Below, in pieces: positions 41,520-53,500 of a stretch of DNA of 64,000 bases. Source of the stretch: Eledone cirrhosa (lineage: Eukaryota); assembly GCA_964016885.1 (NCBI GenBank), contig OZ024755.1, positions 9,486,001 to 9,550,000 on the forward strand, given 5' to 3'. The position numbers and the translations under genes were made by a program. Numbering within the stretch: position 1 is the first letter of the stretch; every line of letters begins with the position of its first letter. The notes beneath the pieces are model-generated. The model saw only the letters and a program-made list of their open reading frames with translations. It was not told where the DNA came from and did no database searches.

Positions 41520-44500
41520 TACACACACACATAAAATTAAGAGTGAAATCCCTATGGGTATCAGGAGATGATCACAGTTAAAAAAAAGTACCAGCACCCT
41601 CAGAGTACTGGATATATTTTATTATGAGATCAGCACTATCACTTGGCAGAGTGAACTGGGTGCAATTCATAGTAACACTAACACTTCCACTTTACAGAGT
41701 GTAGTGTGTATATTTCTTAATGGCACCAGCACTATCACTTTACAGAGTGTACTGGGTGCAATTCATCACAACACCAGCACTATCACTTTACAGATTGTGT
41801 TTGACTAGTGCTAAACAGCATACATAAATAAGGTGAATGCAAAAATAAAAACTATCTGACCGTCTTGAAGCATCATGGCTGAAGCTGTTATATTATTTAC
41901 TGCTGTCCAGTTAAGTGAAAACTCTTGTTTGCGGTTTGCAAATGGAACATACTTTAAATAGACTTGGTTTGTAGAACTTGCAATTTTCACAGGCGTATTT
42001 TGACAATATTTGCCCAAAAGTGGACTTCGATCTGTGACACCATCATGGATCTAGGATAAACACAATAAAAATAATTGAACCCATTTGTTACCCTGAAGGA
42101 AGGTTTTAAGATAAATATAAACTATATAAAAACAAAAACGAATGACATATATTTAATTATTTTATGGATGAACATTGCAGAATATATATATAACTTCTGT
42201 TTCCATAGGAACATCCTTATTAAAATATATCTTAGAATAGACTCATAACCCTTTCATTACTATACTATTATTATTATTAATTATTATTATTATTATTATT
42301 ACAAGGGTGGTGGTTTGGCAGTAATCGGTAGAGCGTCAGACACTATGCTTTGTAGCACAGAGTTATGGCCCTTTACGTTGTGAGTTCCAATCCTGCTGAG
42401 GTTAGCTTTTCCTTTCATCCTTACGAGGTCGATAAAATAAAGTACCAGTAATGCACTGGGGACAATTTAATCAACTTTCCCCTTCCCTTTCAAATTGCTG
42501 GCCTTGTGCCAAAAGTGAAAAAATTATTATAAAGCCAGCAATTTCAAGGGAAGGGGGAAAGTCAATTAAATCGTCCCCAGTGCATTACTGGTACTTTATT
42601 TTATGGTAAGGATGAAATGCAAAGCTAATATTAGGAAGGGCTACCAGCCATATAAACCATACCAAATCTGGAAGGTACAATGAATATGAGTGATCAAAAT
42701 GGGGTAGCTCCTGTAACAACCTGTCCAGCCCATACTGGTGTAGAAAGTGGACATATCATGATGATAGTGAAAGAAATTGTGATGTGTGGAATTCAAAACA
42801 TTTTCTGGATGCATATTTTGCACAGGATTGAAAATATAACTCCCCCCCCCCCTCATTATTCAATTGTCATATTTATCACATACCAACATGAGTGCTACCC
42901 TACTCCACCTCACATCTTTTCTCACTACATAATGGAACATCCCAGACACCTCTTAAAACAGCTGCATGTTTGACAAAACACACAGTCACATGACTACCAC
43001 CTCAACTCCTCACCCCTACCCATTTGTGGTTATGCTATTTAATACAGCTCTTGTCTATAGTAAACGACTTTGGACTTAGACAGTATTATTGGTGGTTGAT
43101 CCTCTCAGGACAGGTTTAATTCAACAGCTAGTTTTACTCATCTCAGAAATTTTACTTGAAAGATACTAAAAATTGATTTTCTTCTATGCATAAAATTGAT
43201 TTAACCTCTTCAGTGCCGTAAACAAGAAACTTGTCCTAGCTTGTATGTATTCTAGTGCCCGAGATGAGATAGCTCGTCCTATCATGTTTGAACTCTTTTC
43301 CAACAGTTCATAACTTTAAAGATATGAACTCGTTTCCAACAGTTCATAACTTTAAAGATATGAACTCGTTTCCAACAGTTCATAACTTCAAAGCTAGATG
43401 GGGCTACTAGTTTATTGATGTGATGTTTGTCAATCATTCAGATATGTGTTGTTAATAAATGTTTGTTTAAAAAATAGACATTTTACTGAAAAAAAAAAAA
43501 CCGGCACAGCAACTGTAGCTGTGTAAAATATATGTGGCAGCCAACAGGTTAAAAACTACAGAAAAGAATCCATGGTTTCTCACCTCCAAATAACCCAGGC
43601 ATTCATTTTCAAAGGTAAAGAACTTCAGTCGAAATATTGACATAAACACCACCAAGTGTTTTGCCACAGTAATTGTCCATACTGTAACATCATATGGTGC
43701 ATCCCATTCAGGGACAATAATAGATCCAGAACTTCCAGTTAATTCTCCACCAAATTCTAAAATAATTTAAAAAAACACTGTTGTTTACATCATTCTGTTA
43801 ATATTAAACCTCTCATTACTATATTTCTTATGAAATACACTGCCTGCGAGTTCTAATTAGTTTTTAAAGTAATAAAAAATGTTGAATATTTAACCACTCT
43901 TCATACCAAACTGGCTGAAACCATCTCTGGTTCTAGGATACAAAACTGTTTGTATTTATCTAAAATCCTCCCATTATGATTTTATGTAAGAACCTTTAAC
44001 TTAAGTTCCAAACACCAGCTAAATAATGAAAAAGTTAGATATATTATTAAATCCTGCCAAATTTTTTAATTATTTTCAATATTATTTAAACTTAGAATCA
44101 GTTATAAATGTTGTGAAATGTTGGTGGCTTTAGACATTCAGATAAACTGTACCACTTACAAGATTGCTGTCATTGCTGGTGGCTCCCCTTACTGAAGTAT
44201 CAAGCAAAACCTGTGAGGGTACTTGACTATTCTAACTATGCTATCACCTGTGGTAATACCATGAATGTCTTGGCTTGCCTAAAACATTTTTAGAAAGAAA
44301 CACCAGCATTCTCTGTGGTAGTTTGTAATAGAATGTCCATGTCTTCTCTCATTTTTTCTTTGATTAATGTTTTATAGATTTGTTTCTTTTGTGAATCATA
44401 TTCATTATATAAATCATGTTTACCATATTTCTAATGAAAGACACTGCTGCCTCTAATTTTTAAATAATCTAGAATTTGAAGGGAATTTGTCATATACTAA

Positions 44501-47500
44501 ACGTTCACATTATTTATCTGTTTGAAGGGCGGTGGATTGGCAGTATCGGTAGAGGGTCGGACGCCATGCTTTCCAGCATAGTTACGTCCCTTTACGATCT
44601 GAGTTCAAATCCCGCCGAGGTTGACTTTGCCTTTTATCCTTACGGGGTCGATAAAATAAAGTACCAGTAATGCACTGGGTAATTTCTGGCCTTGTGCCTA
44701 AAGTGGAAACAATTATTTATCTGTTTGAAACATGGGATTTTTCTTTTTTTTTTTATAAATTTCAAAACTTCAAAATAAACAGCTTTGTATAGTAGAAACA
44801 ACAGGTTGGTATTAAAAGTGTTAATAAACACTGCCTAGATTATTGCTGCATTAATTATATATATATAAGAGACACTTACGTTGAGTAAAATGTGCCACAA
44901 ATCCTTGGTTATTTACTTCCTCATCTGAACGAAACTTTAGCCATAAACCATCAGGAGCTGAGATATTTTGGGGAGATGTAGTTCCACAATAACGACCAAT
45001 CAAATTTCCACCTGCCTCTTTATGTCTTGATTCAAGGTAATCTTTATTGCAAAACTCATGATATTCAACATCAAAAACACTGTGAAAGAGAGAGATTCTA
45101 TTTTTGATAGCAAATGTGCAACTATAGCAAAACAACAACATTAACAAGCATTTTAAGGCCATCTTTTTGTGCTAAAGCAGGAGTTAGCTATGCAAACTGC
45201 GTGCATGTGTGTGTGCATGCATGAACACATGTATGTATGGACCTGTAACAACTCATGGAACCATAGAGGTGCCATCGTGACATACAGTATTTGGGTATTT
45301 TAAACCTGGCGGAGGTCATTTCCCTCTCCAGGTTTGAACATAGTTGATTTCTTCCCCAAAAGAAGAGAGTGTGATAGAAAAGAAGCAAGAAAAAGAGACA
45401 GAGGAATAATCAACCACAGTACTGGATAGGTACTTTTTTTTAATCAACTGCAAAAGGGTGAAAGCAGCCCTCATAAAATGCTTCAAATACTATTATTAAA
45501 TATTGTTAAAACTTTCTAAATATACAAAAAGTATATAAAACAACAACAATAAAACAAGTGTTTTAAGGCCATTTTCCCTGCTAAAGCAAGGGTTAGCCAT
45601 GCAGGCCTCATAACAGGTTTCTCCATTTGGCCTTCTTGCCTGCATCTCCCTCCCCAACCTCCTGGCTTTCATTTCCTCCACCATCATCTTATCAATTGAT
45701 TCCCATGGTAAACTAAAAATTTATTATTATTGTTAAGATAGGACAGAAAGGACACTTTAGCCATGTTAAGGACATGGTATTCTCTCTAGTGTTGAAGCCA
45801 TGAAGAAATGCACCAGTACACTCTGCAAAGTGACTGGCAATTGAATGGATACAATACACCATGTGAAAGGACTAGTCAGTTTTGTTGAGTATGTAACATG
45901 CTGCTGTAGGTTCCATGCCAAATATCGAACACATGAGCTAAACATGGTCCTCCAACCAGTTTAGTCATGAACAGTAACAACCTGTTCAACCCATGCTAGC
46001 ATGGAAAATGTATGTAAAATGATGATGAAGATGATGATGATTCTCATGAAGTCCACTTATCTAAAGAAGAATCTTTTCTTTTGTTTTTCCCATTTCCTGT
46101 TAAGGTTGAGAGGAGTGATGGAAATGAATGTGGAAGGAAGTCGGGGAAGAGGAGTACCAAGAAATAAAAAGTCAACCAACCTGAATGCTACTTGTACCTT
46201 ATTACCAGGTGAATTTATAAGATTCCAAACACACACTCTCTCAGCAGGATAATTGTCTGGGTAGGAGGGGCTATTGAAAGTCCCCGTCCCAGCATGATAC
46301 TTTCCACCACAATCTGGAATTTAAAGAATACAGAAGATAAAAAATAAAAAGTAAATAAAATATGACAATAATAATTATTTTAAACAAAATAATTATTATT
46401 GTTACAAAGGGACAGCCTGTCCTACCCATGCTAGTGTGGAAGATGGATGTTAAACGATGATGATGAAAGCTGAAAAGAGTCTCCAGTCATGACACAACCT
46501 TGCTAGTGCTGGTGCCATGAAAAACACACCTAGTATACTTTGTAAGGAGGTTGGTGATAGGAAGAGTATCCAGTCATAGAAAACTTGCCAAACAAAGGGT
46601 TGGGAGGACCCTTCAGTTGTATCAAAGACACAACAACCTCTCTAGTGCTGGTGCCACAAAAAACGCACCCAGTATACCCTGTAAGGTGATAGATGATAGG
46701 AAAGGTATCTAGCTATAGAAAACTTGCCAAACAAAAGATTGGGAGGACTCTTCAGTTGTGTGAAGAGCAGGACAACCTCCCTAGTGCTGACATCATGATA
46801 AAATGCACCCAATGCACCTTGCTGAGTGCAAGAACATTTGTCATTCACCCTGAGAGATTAGTAGCTCCAACTAACTTGAACCCAAACATGCACCTTTAAT
46901 TCAATTCTCAATGTGACACAGTGTGTAACAAAGCTAACTTTTTAAACTACAAGTACAACTCATTTTTGCCAGCTAGTGGACTGTAGCAATGTAAAATAAA
47001 GTGTTTTGCTCAATGGAATAGCCTGCACATGAAATTAATATACAAATAACTGTGTATTCCACAGACACATGTACCCTTATGGTAAGTTCTCAAGGAGATT
47101 CAGCATGATACAATGTGTCAAAACTAGCTATTAGAATTAGAGGTATAAGGCATTTTTTGCAAACTGAGTGGACTGGAGTAACAAGAAATAAAATCATGGT
47201 TGAGTATATGAAAGTATATACGAGAAGTAAGCTGCAATGACAAAAATAAAGCAAAACTACTATCCATCATTCCATTATTCAAGTTCTCGTAGCTAGTGGA
47301 GTCAGTTCCACAGGTGGACCCAGTATTACAGTGCCACTTGGAGGCCAGTCATTTGAATGCTGCTCTAGACATGCTTCAAGTGGAGCCAGTCATTGGGAGG
47401 CTATTCTAGACATTACATAGTTGGAGCTAGTCATTGAGGTACCACTCTAGATGTGCTACTGGTGGAGCTAGTCATAGAGATGCCACTCCAGATATTTTCA

Positions 47501-50500
47501 GTTAACAGTTGCCACTGGTCTGTATCCTCTGTCATGCACAGGTCCTGTTCTTCTTGTCAGACCAGGATTTTCTTTGCCCTCCTTCAACTGTGCTCTGGAG
47601 AATGGTTATAGACAGGAAAATATGGTGGGGTATGTAACAATACCAAGCGAGCTTCCATCATTTTACTGTTGCCCAAAAACATAATAAGCAATGACACAAT
47701 TAATAAACAACAAACTTACATGAGGTAGATGTTGAATATGTTGCATGAAATACAAGGTTGGCTTTATTCTGGATAATTACGAAAAGTGCTGAGCTATGAG
47801 ATGTTATTGTAGGCGGCACCTGCCGACCACAGTAGGTGCCGATCTCAGGAGCATCTTTATCTATACCATCCAGAACCTTCACATAGTCTATTGAGCAATT
47901 AAGGTCAGCAGAGAATTTTGTGAAGTACAATGTCACATGTTCACCTAGGAATAAAAAAAAAAGAAACAATAAAAGTCACCTAGGAGTAAAAAAAAAAAGA
48001 AACAATAAAATTCATAAAACGCTGCAAAAACAAGTTAATAGATTAACACTTGTCATGATACCTACACAATCACTTTACAGTGTGGGCTGGGTACCTTTTG
48101 TTGTGACACCTACACGATCATTTTACAGTGTAGGCTGGGTACCTTTTGTCATGACACCTACACAATCACTTTACAGTGTGGGCTGGGTACCTTTTGTTGT
48201 GACACCTACACAATCACTTTACAGTGTGGGCTGGGTACCTTTTGTTGTGACACCTACACAATCACTTTACAGTGTAGGCTGGGTACCTTTTGTTGTGACA
48301 CCTACACAATCACTTTACAGTGTGGGCTGGGTACCTTTTGTTGTGACACCTACACGATCACTTTACAGTGTGGGCTGGGTACCTTTTGTTGTGACACCTA
48401 CACGATCACTTTACAGTGTAGGCTGGGTACCTTTTGTCATGACACCTACACAATCACTTTACAGTGTGGGATGGGTACCTTTTGTCGTGACACCTACACA
48501 ATCACTTTACAGTGTGGGCTGGGTACCTTTTGTCGTGACACCTACACAATCACTTTACAGTGTAGGCTGGGTACCTTTTGTCATGACACCTACACGATCA
48601 CTTTACAGTGTGGGATGGGTACCTTTTGTCATGACACCTACACGATCACTTTACAGTGTGGGATGGGTACCATCTGTCATGACACCTACACAATCACTTT
48701 ACAGTGTGGGCTGGGTACCTTTTGTTGTGACACCTACACGATCACTTTACAGTGTGGGCTGGGTACCTTTTGTTGTGACACCTACACGATCACTTTACAG
48801 TGTAGGCTGGGTACCTTTTGTCATGACACCTACACAATCACTTTACAGTGTGGGCTGGGTACCTTTTGTCGTGACACCTACACAATCACTTTACAGTGTG
48901 GGCTGGGTACCTTTTGTCGTGACACCTACACAATCACTTTACAGTGTAGGCTGGGTACCTTTTGTCATGACACCTACACGATCACTTTACAGTGTGGGAT
49001 GGGTACCTTTTGTCATGACACCTACACGATCACTTTACAGTGTGGGATGGGTGCTTTTTGTCATGACACCTACACGATCACTTTACAGTGTAGGCTGGGT
49101 ACCTTTTGTGGTGACACCTACACGATCACTTTACAGTGTGGGATGGGTGCTTTTTGTCATGACACATTTAATTGTTTTAGGAATTACACACACTATAAAT
49201 GATTGGAGGATATAATATAGTGAGAATGAGGAAACTTACTTGTTGTGTTAGCTTGAAGTAACCATTGACATGCACTTGAGTCTTGCATATCACTGCTCTG
49301 AATTTCTCCTTCAACACTGGCATCATATATGTTACCACACACTGAAGGAAATAGTTTACAATACAGTGGAAAGCTCTTTAATACTTGTCAATAACTATAA
49401 TATTGTTATACTTTGGGAGGGTTATACTGCCAATAAAAGCACATGCTCCTGTTGGTTTTCACTTCAATTTATTTTAAATTTTCAGTTGGTTAGTTTAATA
49501 ACCAGATGGTTGTTTATTTGATTATAGTCAAAGCTTTTTTGTCACACATTCTGTTACCTCCTCAGTAACAAATTTGTTATTTTGTATCTCTCCTTTGTTT
49601 TGTCCTTCACCAATGTGTGACGAAAGAGCTTTGACAATAAACAAATAAACAACCATCCAGTTATTAAACTAACCAACTGAAATTTTATAATAAATTGAAG
49701 TGAAAACCAACAGTGCATGTGTTTTTATTGGTAGCATGACCCTCCCAAAGTATAACAATATCTGTTTCAACACATGTTTTCAGATAAGAAATCTTGCAAA
49801 ACAAATACAAAAATGAAATAATTATATTGTTTTACAATATTATCAAGTGGCAATTTATGTAATATCTGTCAATAATTGTAATGTTTTAATTACTTGATCG
49901 ACTTACAAAACATTGAGAAATTGGAAAATGTAGATAAATATAATAGTTGTTAACTATAAAATAATGATTGAATAAACTGGTACCTCTTAGGATGGAAAAA
50001 AATTGGACAGAAATGCCTACAGAAATCACACCTACCAGAAATGCCTGCAGCATATGTCATATGGTTGGACAGAAATGAACCATATATCTTTTATACGCTA
50101 GCACACAAGAGATGTACAGTATGATTTCCTGCAGGTGTCTCTATCCATTTGTTTCCACCTCTAGGAGTACTTTACTTGATTCAGAATAAAGCTAAAAGTC
50201 ATATTTGACTTACCTTGTGAAGGTAACATGTATTACAAAAGCAATACTTGACTTACCTTGTGAATACTGGACCTTAAATTTTCTTGACGGACTCCGGTTA
50301 TCAGTATACATTGTTATTAGTACAGCAGAATTAAATGTAAAACTCTTTCCAAGTAAACTTCTTTGACAATATTGATTGCTCGGGATATCTCTCTCAGACA
50401 TCTGATGAAGGTAAATATTAAAAAAAATTATCTTCTTTCAGAACTAAAAGTCATTTTAACTTTTAATATCCTATCCCACATCAAACAGCATCAGCAAAAC

Positions 50501-53500
50501 ATTCTTAAAACGTACAAATCAGTACTATAACTCACATTAAAAATATTGTAAATTTTCACAATGATCTGTCCACTAGTAAAACTACTACAAATATCTGAAT
50601 TTATAAAGCACATGATATTCTTAAAAAGTACAAACAGCCCTATGACTGTGATATATCACATGAAAAATTAGTCTTTACTTTAATCTTCACTTTGCAACAA
50701 TCTGTCCACTATTGAAGATACCATAAATATTTTAGTTTACAAAGCTGTTTTTAGACATTTTCTGCTAAAACATTACAAGGTGTTAAGAGTTAAAAACTTA
50801 ACATCATATAAAAGATAATTATTAAATCATTCAAAATTCTTGGTTAATTTCAAAACTATTAGAAATACAGTAACAAATGGATTTAAATTAGTGCAAATAT
50901 TTTTTTATAATTTAACTTACTGTGAGGTAGTTTGTTGAACAATTTCCAAGCATTAGGAAATCTACAAACTTTAATTTTATAAAATGTCCTTTTTTCGGAG
51001 TAATTAACCAGTCACAATTAGAATTGTGTGGTGAGCTATGTGGATAATTTGGTGATGAGATTGAACCATTTTGTATTATATAATTACCACCACATCCTAT
51101 AAAAATAGCATATATTATTAATAGAGTTATGATATATAGGTACAATCATCAATCAAACAGAGTGGTCAAACATATGACAACCTCTTCATAACTGGTGTCA
51201 TAATCAAAAGCAGCCAATACACACTATTATTTGGAAATATTAGTGTGTTTTGGCCTCATCAAAATATATCCATCTCACTGCTGAAACCAACTATATTGGC
51301 CTCAACAAAATATGTCCATCTCACTGCTTATCCTCAGAAACAATTATGAAGTTCCGTAACTGCTATCGATTAGTCAGTATATTGATACTATCATGGTTCA
51401 CGTCATCCTTTTAACCTTTTTAACATTTACATTACTCTATATTTACTATTGTATTTTCATGGTAAAGTCTTTACCTCACATAATTATCTCACATAATATG
51501 AGATCTTGATATTATTTATTTTGAGAACAATACTTTAATGTCGGTATGAGAGGCGGTTATAGCCGGTTTGAACAGAAAGAGGTGAAAGAATTCTGGCTGG
51601 ATATGGCTGGTTTAAATGTTAAAGGGTTAAACCAGTGTACAACAATGGATTAATTAAGCACTAATCCACGTCCTTTTTGTTTTGATTATTCAACCTAAAA
51701 ATTTATAAATTTATATAAGAACTACTTGTTAAATTACTCACTTTCATAGCGTCCGTCATCTACTACCGCTTGACTGTCGTGCCTTGTCCCCGTGAACACC
51801 TCGCCAAGATGGAACGCATGCTCTTCCAGTTTCTGTGGAAGAAGCAGGCTCCGCTGGTGAGGAGATCCGTCTGCTGTCAGCACCCTTCCAACGGAGGGCT
51901 GGGAATGCCGTGGCTGATGATGCGCAAACATGCGCTGAGGCTGCGGCATCTCCAGGTATTCCTCACCGACCCCCAACCAGTGTGGGCACCGTTTGTGAGA
52001 CAGGCTTTCCCACAGCTCGTCTCGCTAACGGAGCTGCAGTCCTGGGTGAAGAAAAGACCGAAAACGATGGGCGCCTGGCACATTGAATGCGCTCAGGCAC
52101 TCACAGTCCTCTGGCAAGCGGGCGCAGCAATCAGTGGAGACTCCACTTCGACATTCTATAGAGGGATTGTACGTTACAAGGGCGACGACGTGCTCGGAGA
52201 GACTCTGGGCGTCGAAGACGATGAGCTCACCAGTCTGTTTGGTAGGACTTTCCGCCCGGGACCTATGGACACCTTCCAGAGGTCCCTGGCCTGGCAGTGC
52301 TACCGAGGAGCTCTACTGGTTTGTGACAAGATCAACAGGCACGGACGCCCTGGCAGGGATCCTTCCAAGAGGACGTGTCCAAGATGTGCGCAGGACATTG
52401 AAACAGTTCTGCACGCAATTGTACACTGCCCGGGCGTAAGCGACCTGTGGAACTATGCAGAACAACTGCTGTCGTGTATGGGACAAATCCAGTTGACTGT
52501 CGAGTCCATAGTAAGGATCAAACCGCCAGCCTCTTTCAAAAACGAAAGAGAGGCGGTTTTCCTCTGTATGGTGGCTATGGTGAAAGAAGTTATATGGTGG
52601 ACGAGGTTGAGAGGACTGAGGACAGATGCCTTTCTCTCCGGACAACAATTGAATCCCTTCTTTAAGTATCACTTTAGAAGGAGAATCAGGGTGGAGAGAG
52701 AGGCACTGCACCCCAGTAAATTTACTGAAAGGTGGGTGAATGAAGCGAAAATGGCCCGAGTGATTGGGCCTTCTCTGTTTATAAGCCTGTAGGTTGAGGA
52801 AGAGAGCAAAAGGAAGAAAGGAGCACTTGCACAACACGCTCCTGGAGTTGAGGGTTGTTCTATCGACGGGGTATTAAACAACCCATTTGTGGCGCCTCCC
52901 TCCTATTGGGGATTTCGATTGTTGTAATTGTTTGTTTTTATATTTTTTACACGACTGTATGTAAAATCCCCAGCATGTCTTTGTATTGTCCCCTTTTCTT
53001 GTTGTGCCCTTGTGGCTAATAAAGAAATCTATCTTAGTAATGAAATAATTAATAATTTTTAGAAAATCTCTTCCAATTTTTCATTAATCTTCTGGGTGCT
53101 CTAGGCGCATCATGTGGCCGTTAGAGTAATCTTCCCTTAACACATAATGTAGTATCAAGGGATGCAATTCATACAAAAATTCAGTGTGTTAAATGTTAAT
53201 TAACTGAAATAGAGTACATTTCATTGGAAATATGATCCTGAGGGATAAAGAAATATGAAGAATAAAGAAATGTCAGCAAGCTAAAAGAAAGTCTTCTCAC
53301 CTCCTTGTATTCCTTTGTATTCTACGGCAAAATTTCTATTGTTGGATCTCTGTTTTGGGTCCATATACAGCAAAGTCATTTTATTTCCAGTAGAAGTGAC
53401 AAGGAATGGTATCTGTTCCGTATGACATATATCAGCTATCACTGGAGAGTTTAAATTATCCCCGTCATAAACCTGAAAGAATAATTACACCATCAATTAC

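Noticed and set aside
47920-49215. 431-aa ORF with 17-aa repeats
   Set aside because: A 51-bp minisatellite (multiple of 3), antisense within an intron, derived from a dispersed repeat.
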